Assembly (NCBI GenBank): GCA_964016885.1
Contig: OZ024755.1
Span: forward strand, 34,844,001-34,908,000
Direction: 5' to 3'
Source of the DNA: Eledone cirrhosa
Lineage: Eukaryota
DNA: 64,000 nucleotides
Positions within the stretch are counted from its first letter, which is position 1; each line of letters opens with the position of its first letter. Shown one piece after another: positions 51,206-64,000 of this stretch. The translations under genes and the position numbers were made by a program. The notes below the pieces were generated by a model. That model made no database searches, was not told the origin of the DNA, and saw nothing but the letters and a program-made list of their open reading frames with translations.

Positions 51206-52359
51206 GTATGTTGATTCTAAAAGACTATCAGGTTTACATAGTCTTGCATAATTGTTTTATTTTCTTCTTTGACAGTAATTCCTAGCTCCGAAAATAAAAG
51301 AAGAAATATATAAGAAATGCTTTTTAGCATTTCTATAAGTAACATATCATCGTTTGTTGAGCATTTCTGAGACAATTTTCACAATTCTTTATGAGAGAAA
51401 GAAAAAAATTATATCTATAAAACTTATTAACATCAGTATTGAATTAAGAGAAATTGGAAGTACATATGTTCTCTTCTTACATGGAGAAAAATATTCTATT
51501 ATGTGCTGACTTAACTGTCAGCATTCTAGCCTTTAAGAAAAGTATAAGTTCTTGAAATATTGCTATGATACAATCATATGACTCATTATTGCAATCCGAT
51601 TTCTGATTAGAAATTACAACAGTAGTAGAATCATAGGGGTTACTATTTCCCCTTGTAGACTTTTGACACATTTCATTGTAGCAATAAAAAGCCAATATAA
51701 CAATAAACTACTCCATTCAGATTCTCCTATTCCTCTTCAGAAAAAGCTTTTGTTTCTTTCTGCCTCTATTTTTCTTATACCTACTGCTACATCTCTTTCT
51801 TCTCCACTATCTCTTTCTTCTCCACTATCGCTTTCTTTTCCACTAGATGCTTGATCAAATATCTAATGGATACACGCATGAAAACATAAATGCAAAAATG
51901 ATTTTATCTTGACAGTCTTACTGGATTGTTGCCAGATTAGGAACAAGCAATTTTAATCTTATGAAATGTCAATTTAATCATAGTTGTGATTTGTTTCCTT
52001 CAATGTGTCACCAATGAGTAAATCATGTGACTAAAGAATTTCTATTTCTCTTGTTCCACATTTAATTTATTTTTGTTATCAGCCAGAGTAACTTATAACA
52101 CCATCATTCACACAAACAGAAAATCTCACTTACACCTAAATGGCTATAGTTGTATCATTTCTAGGATTCCAACCTAAGACATTGAAGTTACTATGAACAA
52201 ATTAAGTTAACATTACATATTTCCACTGCAATTCTTACATTAATTCCTAGACAAAGCTGAACTCCTTCTTCAACACAATATACAAGAATGCCTTGCTACA
52301 CTACGTGTCATAGTAATATTTTGACTCCTGTTCTATTTAAAATATTAATGTAATCTAAC

Positions 52360-52923
52360 TTTTTCCAGCCGCAACCTGGTGCAGTCTCTAACTAACCCAG
52401 GTTCTGCTGCACATCGGGCTGAGGAGGGCAAATTCTCCAAGTACCAGTCGCTCTCCGACAGGTTTACGGTCATGCCCTTGGCAGTGGAGACTTCTGGTGT
52501 CCTTGGCCCTAGGACTACCTCCCTACTCACCACCATAGGCGCTGAGCTGGCCAGCCGCAGGTATGAGTCTCTTGAGATGGAATGGCTCTTCCAGCGCATC
52601 TCCCTTACCATCTTCCGAGGAAACGCCTTCTCCATTCTGTCTGCTGGGGCTGTGGGGCGGCCAGCTCGTGCGACCCCCATTTGCTCACTATACAGAAAGA
52701 TGAGGATAGTAAGAGAGATGGAGGCGATGACAGTGGGAGTTTGGCTCTTCCACATTCGGACCATATCCTTGTGGTTGTGTTTATTATCTATATAGTAATC
52801 CAAACTGTGGAACCAGACCGTTGTCCATTTTAACTGACCAAGTGTTATCTTTTATTCATTATTGATGATAGCTTAGTCATGGTTCCCTTTGAACTGAAGT
52901 TTAGTACATTACCGTTTCTACAG
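52360..52923 (+). mobile_element. 3' fragment of a restriction-like-endonuclease non-LTR element (CRE-like) between 117-bp direct repeats
   Basis: AEEGKFSKYQSL...MPLAVETSGVLG...LFQRISLTIFRGNA; flanks 52243-52359 and 52924-53040 differ at about 2 positions. Confidence 0.75.
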
Positions 52924-53756
52924 ATTCCTAGACAAAGCTGAACTCCTTCTTCAACACAATATACAAGAATGCCTAGCTACACTACGTGTCATAGTAATAT
53001 TTTGACTCCTGTTCTATTTAAAATATTAAGGTAATCTAACAGTGAAATATTTGATTAGTAAATCATCATCATCATCACCATTTAATGTCAATTTTTCCAC
53101 ACGCTGGCATGGGTTAAACAAGATATCCTGTTGTGAGCAATGCTAGATCAGGTGACCAGGTCTTGCTCATACAGAACTGATGTTGGCTTGGTTTCTAAAA
53201 CTGGATTCCCTTCCTAGCACCAGGTAAAGTGAGTGTTAACTCCAAGACATAGTTGAACACCTTCAATAAAATATGCAAAATTGCCTAGCTATACTACGTA
53301 TAATAATATTTTGTCTCCCATTCTATTTAAAATATTAAGGTAATCTAACAGCCAAATGTTTGATTAGTAAAGTGAGAGCTAACATACTCAATGTTGTGAA
53401 ACAACAAATTTTAATTAATTAAAATTACACAATTGTGAGGAGGAAAAAAATTCAGTATCTTATTGATTAGTTCCAGACAAGAAATTCAAGGTAGACAACT
53501 CCAGAAACGAAATTCATTAAATTAATTAAAGAGAGAATGTAGTCGAGAGTGGATCTAATTATTAGCAATATGATGGCATGTTTCAATCTTATTAGCCTTC
53601 AAATATTTGATTGTTTAACTTTATGCCATAATTCTGTTTACTACATTTACAATATAACCAGGAAATGCCAACAACAGACACATGAGACAAGCATATTTAT
53701 CCTTTGTTTCAGAACTATTAAAAGTATATGATGTGTAAATATTTACCTGAATAGAA

Positions 53757-54122
53757 TAATTGTTTCTACTTTTGGCACAAGGCTAGCAATTACCCCAGTG
53801 CATTACTGGTAAATTATTTTATTGACCCTATAAGGATGAAAATTAAATTTAACCCATGTGGGATTTGAATTCAGAATATAAAGGGCCATAGCTATGGTAT
53901 CTGACGCTCTACTGATATTGCCAATCCCCTGATAATAATTGTTTCTATTTTTGGCACAAGGCCAGCAATTACCCCAGTATATTACTGGTGCTTTATTTTA
54001 TCGACCCCATAAGAAATAAAGGCAAAGTTAATGTCAGTGGGATTTGAATTCAGCATGTAAAGGGCCATAACTATGCTGCAAAGCATGGTGTCTGACACTC
54101 TAACGATACTGCCAATCCACCA
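53757..54122 (-). mobile_element. Two tandem SINE family B copies
   Basis: AATTGTTTCTA.TTTTGGCACAAGG occurs twice. Confidence 0.85.
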
Positions 54123-54888
54123 TCTAAATAGAATACTGATGCAATATAGGTCAACTTATTTAGATAGAAAGAAAAGATGAACTGTCAGAGAAAATTAAAT
54201 TTTGTCAGAGTTGAGTTGTAATTTTCTAAAAGCTGGACTGTAATTAAGCAGTATTATCAATATGTTTGTTATTATAAATGTAAATTTGCTGCTTCATTAA
54301 GATTTTATAATAATTGTTAAATTTAATAGTCATAAAACTTAGAGTTATAGAAGCTTGAAAAATAATAATAATAACAATAAAAAGAAGAATTAAGTAAGTA
54401 TTTCAATAAATCATAGAAATGTAAATAAGATGCATTAAATATCTTTTAGCATAGAGGAAGATAAAACAAAATATATTAAATATATATGGGTATATAATCA
54501 GAGAAGATTTCACAAATTAAGAATTTTTTCAGATTTTCTTTTTCTTTCGTATTTCCTATTTATTCATATTTTCAAGATTTTTGAATATTTTATTAAATTT
54601 ATTATATCGAGTCATTGAATTCTCATAATCATTAAATTGGAAGTTATTTTATAACTTGGATATTAACATACATTAAACTTCAGTGTAATTCACATGTTAA
54701 CATTACTATTAACATTACAGTTAAATTACAGTAAAACAATTAGCTCCCCAACATTGTATTGAAACAAGTTAAAGGGTCAAGCTTGATCACAATTAAGAAA
54801 ATTTACATTGAAAATCACAACTTGCTAATGAATTTTATCTTTTAAAAAATAAAAAAAAAATATCATGTATTTTGAGAACAACAGTAGT

Positions 54889-55228
54889 ATCATCATCATC
54901 ATCATCTTAACGTCCGCTTTTCCCTGCTTGCAAGGGTGGGACGGGAACTGATTCTGGCTTGATTTCTACAGCTGGATGCCCTTCCTAACACCAACCTCAT
55001 TTACAGTGAGTGCTGGGTGCTTTTTTACCATGGCACCTCCATGACCACTTTGCAGTGGAATGATAGGGACCCCAGTCCCTATCATCTCATTTCTACAGCT
55101 GAGTAAACTGGAGCAATGTGAAATAAAGTGTCTTGCTCAAGGAAACAACACATCACCCAGTCTGAGAATTGAACTCACAACCTTTCGATTGCAAGGCCAA
55201 TGCTCTAACCACTAAGCCATGTGCCTCC
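54889..55228 (-). mobile_element. SINE family A, full length
   Basis: Reverse complement of family A. Confidence 0.92.
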
Positions 55229-55548
55229 ATTATCATTAGTTATAATTTTAGAATAGGTCAGTGACTGTATTTCTAATTGTGAGAGTAACAAAGGAGTATC
55301 TGGACATCACAGGCAAATACCTTCGGGTATTGTTAATTGAACATACTTTTTCATTGACCTTTTTAATGGTTTTTTAAATTCTTTTAATAGTTTTGGTCAA
55401 TGGACTGTGGCCATACTGAGGCATCTACATTGTTCATCAATATACACCTCTCAGAAATATACATATATATATATGAATTATAGAATGTATTTGCATAACC
55501 ATAAATAGTATAATTAATACATATATATATATATACACAGACATAGAT

Positions 55549-55875
55549 GGAGGCACATGGCTTAGTAGTTAGAGCATTGGCCTTGCAATCGAAAGGTTGT
55601 GAGTTCAATTCTCAGACCGGGTGATGTGTTGTTTCCTTGAGCAAGACACTTTATTTCACATTGCTCCAGAAATGAGATGATAGGGTCTGGGGTCCATATC
55701 ATTCCACTGCAAAGTGGTCGTGGAGGTGCCACGGCAAAAAAGCACCCAGCACTCACTGTAAATGAGGTTGGTGTTAGGAAGGGCATCCAGCTGTAGAAAT
55801 CAAGCCAGAATCAGTTCTCGTCCCACCCTTGCAAGCAGGGAAAAAGCGGACGTATGATGATGATGATGATGATGA
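55549..55875 (+). mobile_element. SINE family A, full length, small internal deletion
   Basis: Same head and tail. Confidence 0.92.
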
Positions 55876-57023
55876 TATATATAGTATTAAGGATACTATT
55901 TATGGTTATGTATATACTAAAACCTTTTATGGTTATATATATTTTAAACCCTAAACAGTTAAAGACAGTAATTTATTACTACCTTATTACCAGTAAGATA
56001 AATAGCTCAATGTAATAACATCAGTTGTTTTACAGAGCAGTTATATAGAAATTACATGAATCAAAGTTCTGTTCAAACCATTTATTAGCTTACAATTGTT
56101 TCGTCCAAACCGAGGTCTGGAGTCTTCGGAGCAATTTTTCAATGATTGTTTACATACATGACCTCCTTTCCAACACAAGAGACATACAGAAACAATGTAT
56201 ATATCGATGCACAGTGGGTGACATCCATTATAATATTTTAGCATGGCAATTTACATTAAAAAATTAAAAGAAAATTAAAACAAAATTAAAGTTAAAATAC
56301 AATATCGGCAGTTTACGAAGATAATGCAAGAGGATAGTTTGAAGTAGTTAGTGTATGCAATGGTTACACGTGGGGCATGCGCGTGTGTCTTATTTATATA
56401 AGATTATATTGCGGCAAGGTGTTATATGCAATACAAGCACTTTAAGCGGGCAATCAAGAGTATTATGGGGGTTGTATTGGTAAAGTATTTTTTATGTATG
56501 ATATAGAAGTTTGTGTGCAGAGAAATATATGTGTTAGGTAATTACAAAGAGAAAGCAAAGGAAAAACGAGTGCTCTATGTATAGAACAGAGCTATAAAAT
56601 TATTTTGTTGTTGAAAGTATGTGATAAAGGCCCAGGGTGGTAAAATATGAGAGAATATTCAGGAAAAGATGAAGTTAATAAGTGAATAATATAAGTGTAA
56701 ACTAAGTATAAAATAAAATAAAGTAAAATAAAATAAGTGTTGAATATGTAAAGTAAGAGAGATTGTAAGGAAAAAGAAGAAATGAATAAAATAGGTGTAA
56801 TATAAAATAAGGGCTTAATATAATTGTTGAATGTGTGAAAAGGAGAGAGTGTTATAATAATAATAATAATGAAATTATTGTGTAAAGTGCTCAGGTGCAC
56901 TACAACTCATCAAAGCTGCATGTATAGTACATAGAATAATATACAAATGTCAGGGAAGTGAATAGTGTATGAGTCATGGTATATGGTGTATGAGTCATGG
57001 TATATGGTGTACGAGTCATGTGT

Positions 57024-57490
57024 TCAAGGTGGGTAAGAGTCCAAAATGGTGTTTTGATGCTGAGAAAGGAGATGAGTTCTTAGATGTGGCCAAATTTTAA
57101 ATATCTCAGAATTGGAGTTAAGACAGGTGTTGGGAGATTTCAGATTTCGTAGAATTCTATATTTTTCTGTTACACACAAGGTACACCTTCTTGTGCCTTT
57201 AACATATTCTTTTGATTGGTCTAAAATAGACCAATCAATTTCGTATGGGATCCCACGCTCTTTCATCTCCCATACTCTATTTGCCATCACCGTAGTTTTC
57301 TTGTTATCCTGGTGTCGAAAGGAAGTGACGTGTGCATAGTATCTTTGTTTAAAGGTAACCTGGGTCATGCCCACATCACGTTCTCCAGTGGAAGGTTGGT
57401 TGGTGTGAAGAGCTCTTATAATTGCCTCATATACAACAGATTTAATATTGCATTTGCCTTGCAAAGGACATTCACTTGGATTTCCAGGAG
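57024..57490 (-). pseudogene. Penelope-like GIY-YIG endonuclease fragment
   Basis: ECPLQGKCNIKSVVYEA...VGMTQVTFKQRYYAH...VWEMKE...WSIL...CTLCVTEKYRI...LNSNSEI. Confidence 0.85.
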
Positions 57491-58487
57491 CAGACGACGG
57501 AGTAGACCCCCGAGCAAGATGGTTGGATAACATCCATGAGCTTGGCTGGTCTTGCTTGGGGGTCCAGCCAGATCAATTAGGGATGGTTGCTTCTGATAGG
57601 ACCCACTGGAAGGAATGTTTGAGGATTCTGCCCCAAGAAGAAGAAGAAGAAGAAGAAAAAGAAAAAGGAGGAGGAGGAGGATGATTGGGGTCACTTTTCT
57701 CCTGCTCTCTCCTTCTCTAGAGGGATGGGCTCTGCTAGGTTTAAAATGCTCCAAACATGCCATATATTAGGATTGCACCCTAACGCTCCACGAGGAGTTA
57801 AATATAATTTACTTCTATCATATAGCATAGTGACTCACCAAATCTAAGTTTAACACTTTATGAGAGAAAGAGAGAAAAAAATTATATCTATAAATCATAT
57901 GATGTTCTGTATTAAATTGAACAAAATTTTAAATAAAGTATTCTTTGCTTGAGCTGATGCTAGGTAGCTGTAATGGAACCCCTAACACTTTAACAACACT
58001 CTGGCATGACAAAATGCTAAAAATATAGTAATAAATAATACATTGTATTTGTTCATTTAAAAACTAGAGTTTGTGAAATTCTACAAAAATCATGTTGGGA
58101 TGGAAAAATACAGACTAGAGTTAAATAAATAATGTCAAAGTAAATTAAGTAAGAGCAGCAATATATTTTATAATTAAGACATAAAACTGAGTGATATGCC
58201 AGCTTAGATTAAATTGTAAATTCTAAGAAAATAACAACCAAGAGAATTTAAATAGTTACCTATGTGTTTAATGAAGCATCTATTGTATAATACTATCAAT
58301 GTCATCAGTTTTAACATTTTCAATTTCTTTTAAGCTGTGTGAATGTAGGTTCCTGAAGCTCTCAAATATAATGTCCCTTCGGACATAGAGGAAACTAAGA
58401 TTATCATCTTGCTAAGTACAGACTAACATCATTGAGGTAGTGAGGCAAAAATAGCTTTTAATTAATTGAAATTATAATACTAATTAC

Positions 58488-58590
58488 AAGGTTGTGAATT
58501 TGATTATCGGACCAGGTAATGTGTTGTGTCCTTGAGAAAGATACTTTATTTCACATTGCTCCAGTTTACTCAGCTGTAGAAATGAGTTGC
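58488..58590 (+). mobile_element. SINE A-type head/core fragment
   Basis: TGTGTCCTTGAGAAAGATACTTTATTTCACATTGCTCCAG. Confidence 0.7.
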
Positions 58591-60003
58591 GATCCTGCCA
58601 AATCAATGGGTGGCAGTAGTTCCAGCTGCACACATCCAAAGACTGGTGTAGTGGTTCTGAGAACAATGCGGCTTTGCAGATGATCAATACAAATTGACAA
58701 TGGAAAGGCACTCCCGCTCAAGCTAGAAGAGAACTATTGACCAGGGGCGGCCCTGGTTCTTCTTACTTGCGTGTGTAAACTTGGCCAGATTATATTAGAT
58801 ACAAGAAAAGTGGTTATCGTTAATGAAAATTATTCTCAGAAAGGAAAAAAGGAGAGAACTCTCAAAATTTAAATGAGGCAAACATTAAATCTCGATATGC
58901 ACAGAGAGGATTAATTCAGATGTTCAGAAGCAGTGTTGACAACTCAGAACATGTTTCAATCTTTTCAAGATTTTAATTTAAATTGGAATCCTTTAAAATT
59001 GATGGTTTTATTTGATAGAACCAAAGCTGGTTTTGACCAGTTTTGGTAACTAAAGGGTTAAGTTGGTAGAGAACAGTTTGAGAGAATTTAGCAGTTATGT
59101 CTAGCTGATTGAATGACAACTTAGAAGCTCTCATTTAGGTTTATTGGACAACTAACTAGTATATCAGATAGTTAAATATAACTTGAGCAAAGGAACCATT
59201 TTGAAGGATTAAATGGAGATACATCGATGGAAGTGGGCAGAGGGTGAACCTGATCTTTAGTATCCATTATGAAAACTCTGGACATGTTTCAATCATATTA
59301 GACCTTCTCAGCAAAGCATAATCCACTAAATGGTTGCCAAGATATCACACCAACTAAAAGAAATAATTAATGATACATTATAGCTCTCTAGAAAAAGAGT
59401 TCAATAAAATAAAATGAATAACTAGATAATAAATAAATAAAATCTCATAAAACTAACATGATATTAGGAAAGAGACTAAAATGAAATATACTTCAGCCAA
59501 AAGCATGGCTGTTTTAAAGATGACTGAAGTAGTTTAAATCAACAATGAAAAACTCTGTCTATTATTATACTTTGTGACATCTAAAAAATCTCAGACTGAC
59601 CATAAATCCTGCAACATAACTCCCTGGTTACATTGTAATTAATAAATGGCACCATTACAAATGGTACTATTAGTTTAGAAATAGAAAAGAAACAAATCTC
59701 TCTTATAAGACAAGTGGGCTTGATTGAGAAGGTTATAAATCTGAAGAAGATTTTTTAAACTACAATTTTCAAATAAAATAAATCATCTGGACAACAAATT
59801 CAACAAGCTTCATCAAATACTGGAAAATCTAACATGTGAAATTCAATATTTTGTTATGTTGGCCTTCTTTGATTTAAAGTACCACCACAATCTGGTAATA
59901 AATCAATAGATTTTCATTGAAATCTTGTAAAAATGTTTCAGATTTCATCGCTATTAACATATATTTTCTGAATTCATTATTGAATCTATTGTATAAATAT
60001 ATA

Positions 60004-60337
60004 TTTGTTTTGCAGGGTTTTTGATATGAAATCCCATGCATAAACAAAGACAATAGATAGATAAATAAAATAAAATAAAAAAACATTATAAGAACACAAC
60101 AGGAGGAAATATAGAAACATGATAATCACTGATGATGTCACATATGTGTGACGAAAGAACTCTGAGAAACTATATTTATATTTATATTTTTAACTGCTGG
60201 TCAATCAATGATAAACATTCATTGCCAGCTAAATTATTTATAGAAATATAAAGGTATACTGAAGCGAAACCAAACAGTGAGTGTGTTTTACTATATTTTT
60301 CTGGCAATATTAGAACATGACCCTCTCCAAACAACAA
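60004..60337. mobile_element. Diverged copy of the Penelope-type pseudo-LTR seen at 27721-28966
   Basis: TTTGCAGGGTTTTTGATATGAAATC and GGTCAATCAATG...CCAAACAGTGAGTGTG match that locus. Confidence 0.65.
60126..60165 (+). ncRNA. Minimal hammerhead ribozyme motif
   Basis: UCA-CUGAUGA-U-GUCACA(UAUG)UGUGAC-GAAA-GAA-CUC^UGA. Confidence 0.6.
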
Positions 60338-60392
60338 CACACACATATGTATATATATATATATAATAATAGAACACTGGAGGGTTATATCC

Positions 60393-60423
<31 letters not shown>

Positions 60424-61284
60424 AGCACTCAGTCCATGGGATGACTTTGGTAGAAGTAGTTCCACAACAGTTAGTTCACCATACTGAGAACAAATATTTA
60501 AACTTTATGCCGATCCTCAGCTCAGTCTGAATGAAGTTGTACATATATAAGTGTGTGTGTGTGTGTGTGGTTGTGTGCATGTGTCTGTGTGTGTGTATGC
60601 ATGCGTGTGTGTGTGTGTGTGTGTGTATCTTTCTATTTAGAGAAACATTTAAAAACATTTTATAACTTGTAGAAGTTTATGAGGGAGCTGCATATTGTAT
60701 ACTGAAAGGAAAGATTTCCAGATGTGGTGTTAATTTACAGATAAAGATCCAAAATAAATAGCCAATGTGTTTCAAACTGCACCAATTTACTGTGTCAGTC
60801 AGTATGCAGGAAATAAATTAATGGACACATATTATAGTTAAATTCTCCTCTGTTCTCGATTGAATCAATTTACACAATTTAAAAGATTGATTCAAACATG
60901 AATGGAATTTCACTGCTAATTCAAGAACACAATGTTTCTACTGAATCTTTGATCATTATAAACAGATTCATTGTACGGAATATAACCTTTAATCATATAC
61001 GTTTGTATTTGTAAAACTTTACAATGAATTTAAATTATTTGCAAGAAGGAAATAGGTATTGAAATAGAATAGAAACATTGCTTAGATAATTTATGGTTTC
61101 TTTTGTTCAATGGTTAAGAGTCCCCAAGTTTCATTCCTGCCATGACAAAGGTGATAAAATATACTGTAGTTATACCAATCAACTCTGTGACACTTCTCTC
61201 TCTCTAAAATAGGCCTCTAGAATGAGTTAAAATAAAAATATTTTCTTACATGTGTCTGTCTGACAAATGCTTTCTCCTCCTCCT

Positions 61285-61451
61285 TATCATCATCATCATC
61301 ATCATGTCACCATCATCACCATCGTCAATATCATCATCATCATCATCATCAACATCACCATCACCACCATCACCACCATTATCATCGCCATCATCGTCAT
61401 CATCACCATCGTCACCATCATCATCACCGTCACCATTATCATCGCCATCAC

Positions 61452-61482
<31 letters not shown>

Positions 61483-61606
61483 TCACCATCATCACCATCA
61501 ACATCAACATCATCGTCATCACCATCACCACCATCACCACCATTATCATCGCCATCATCGTCATCATCACCATCGTCACCATCATCATCACTGTCACCAT
61601 TATCAT
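61285..61606. repeat. (CAT/CAC)n microsatellite
   Basis: Direct reading. Confidence 0.95.
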
Positions 61607-62194
61607 TTAACCTCTGTTTTCCCTGCTAGCAAGAATTGGTTGGATTGTCACAGACCAAGTCAGTACTTAATCAGAGCTACTGACCTTGTAGACAAGCACC
61701 AGGGGTTGTGTCTTGTTTACACACATTTTATTGCAATACCAGCATGAGGGAGGTCACCATATCTTTGGCATAACTGAGAAATCCTCTCAACCCTTTGTTT
61801 GGAAAGTTTTCCAGAATTGGATGTTCTTCCTACCACTGAGCTCCTCAGCAAGATTGGAACATCGGTGGTCCGTCTGAGGAAGGAACTCAGCGAGGTGGGG
61901 GTCGCTGTTGCGAGTGTTGCTGGCCATTGTCCGTGGTAATGCTTTTTGCAGTCTTGTCCACGGGGGGCAGCCCTCTCTTGCCGAACCCTAGGCCCTGAGC
62001 CCATTCATCCTCCCCTTCCCCCCTCCCCGTTCTTCTGTGACACTAGAGCCCTTGCCATTTCCTCCCCTTCCCATTTTTCCTTTTTCTCTTTTTTTCTCTA
62101 TATTTTCCTATTTTACATTCCATTCTTCTCAATCTAAATTTTCTTTTTTTCTTTTTCTATTAAACTGTATTTTCCTGATATATTCCTTAAAGTG

Positions 62195-62312
62195 AAGGAG
62201 CGTAGCTAAGTGGTTTGAGAATTAAATTTGGAATCGAGAGGTAGTGAGTTCGATTCCTGGATTAGGCGATGCATTATGTCCTTGGACAAGACACTTTATT
62301 TCATGTTGCTTC
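62195..62312 (+). mobile_element. Old tRNA-derived SINE head
   Basis: TAGCTAAGTGG, GAGTTCGATTCC, GTCCTTGGACAAGACACTTTATTTCA. Confidence 0.7.
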
Positions 62313-62677
62313 TTTTGCCTGGAGTTGCAACCGATATATAGTATTAACAATTGGAAAGACCAATAGAAACATTGTTTCCTAGGTTCGATTTGACGAAAGT
62401 CGATCAACTGTTGATTTCTTAAATAAGGTTCCCAGAGTGTCCCGAGTTCATTTTCTTGTGGTGCCAACACTAGAGAAGTTGTTGAGCCTTTGACCCAACT
62501 GAAGAGTTCTCCAACTCTTTTTGGCATGGTTTCTACAGCTGGATGCTATTCTTAATTCAAACCACTTTACAGGGTATGTTTTATCATAGCACCAGCACAA
62601 GAGAAGTTGACGGGGGGGGGGGGGGAAGTAAGACATAGTGGGAGGGGTTAAGAAGGATGGAATAAATGTCATTAGGA

Positions 62678-62966
62678 TGAGGCTGTGTCCCCATTAGTGC
62701 TTTGGAAACCACAAGCAGTCACTAATAACAAGAGACACAAGCTCTCCTATCCTGATTTGCTGGCCACCTATGAGGTTGTGTCCCCATTAGTGCTTTGGAA
62801 ACCACAAGCAGTCACTAATAACAGGGGCCGCAAGCTCTCCTATCCCGATGTCATCTCCAGAGATTCTGATATTGAAATCCAGGATTTGGCAACGGCAATG
62901 AACGACAGACCCACGTGGAGATCAATTGTTGAGTCCATTTTGGCTGAGGCTGCTGGATGATGATGA
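62678..62966 (+). mobile_element. RTE-type LINE 3' fragment with an about 93-bp internal duplication and (GAT)n tail
   Basis: SPLVLWKPQAVTNN occurs twice; RGRKLSYPDVISRD...AMNDRPTWRSIV. Confidence 0.75.
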
Positions 62967-63487
62967 ATACTAGTAAAACCAACAGCAAGGGATGTAAACA
63001 ACTATTGGGGTGAAATATAGACGGCTGATTCATCATCACCACACAAAAACAGTTGTAGGAAGAAATAACAAGCCTAGATGTAATCCAAATATTACAAAAT
63101 ATATGTATAGGATTTAGATAAACAATCAAACCAGGACTTACTTGCAAAAATATTCGAAGATTTACTGAAAGAGCCAGAAACAGTATCTGAGTGTTTCAGA
63201 AAGAGAAAAAAAACAATTTAATCTCTAAGATTGAAGAAGTATCAAATCCACAAACTACAGACCTAAAACCTGCTAGCTTGCAATATACAAAGCATTAACA
63301 AAAAATGCTCACAAAAACAAACACACGGTGAGAAGAACAAAAACATTGTGTGAATGATTGCGTAGATATCAGTTGTCGATCAAGAAATCCTAACAGAAGA
63401 CTCTAGAACATGAAAGTCTGAGATTAGCATGCATTGATTACCAGGAAGCAATGGCTGCGTTCTTGATTCTGGTTATAATAACAAAAT

Positions 63488-64000
63488 AATGGTTTCTACT
63501 ATTGGCACAAGGCCAGCAATTACCCAGTACATTACTGGTATTTTATTTTATAGTCCCCGTAATAATTGTTTCTACTTTTGGCACAAGGCCAGCAATTATT
63601 CCAGTGCATTACTGGTACTTTATTTTATCGGCCCCGTAAGGATGAAAGGCAAAGTTAACCTCGGCGAGATTTGAAATCAGAATGTAAAAGGCCATAACTC
63701 TATGCCGCAAAGCATGGTGTCCGATGCTCTACTGATCCTGCCAATGTACCACCCCACCCTAATAATTGTTTCTACTTTTGGCACAAGGCCAGCAATTATC
63801 TCAGTACATTACTGGTATTTTATTTTATAGTCCCCGTAATAATTGTTTCTACTTTTGGCACAAGGCCAGCAATTATTCCAGTGCATTACTGGTATTTTAT
63901 TTTATCGGCCCCGTAAGGATGAAAGGCAAAGTTAACCTCGGCGAGATTTGAAATCAGAATGTAAAAGGCCATAACTCTATGCCGCAAAGCATGGTGTCCG
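63488..64000 (-). mobile_element. Duplicated block (about 277 bp) of SINE B stub plus SINE B, running off the window end
   Basis: The stub-then-full pattern occurs at about 63488 and again at about 63764. Confidence 0.85.

Noticed and set aside
63130-63185. Minus-strand acceptor/donor pair around 23 nt
   Set aside because: Not frame-preserving, and it lies in what looks like a decayed RT fragment on plus (IDYQEA near 63435)

Overview
This is AT-rich animal genomic DNA with no recognisable multi-codon host exon. It is most likely intronic or intergenic sequence from an octopus or other coleoid cephalopod, inferred from the repeat repertoire and not verified. The window is almost entirely repeats: (TA)n/(CAT)n microsatellites, a 3.5-kb 30-bp satellite, several minisatellites, at least three tRNA-derived SINE types, many truncated RTE-clade LINEs (one with an open 413-codon RT frame carrying an inserted PHD-type finger), Penelope-like GIY-YIG fragments, a CRE-like endonuclease fragment, TTAA-flanked piggyBac-type MITEs and a non-autonomous Helitron. 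The standout is at 23631-25896: an array of apparently identical 310-bp non-coding units, each carrying a type I hammerhead ribozyme fold, with about 5.2 units in one orientation and about 2.1 inverted, set in (TA)n. It looks like a retrozyme (circular-RNA retroelement) inserted by rolling, twin-primed reverse transcription. Other notable items are further minimal hammerheads with compensatory stem changes in Penelope-type repeats, a twin-primed RTE insertion, a possible 12-nt microexon and many fold-back structures. Most ORFs in the supplied track are repeat artefacts. All coordinates and alignments were read by eye.
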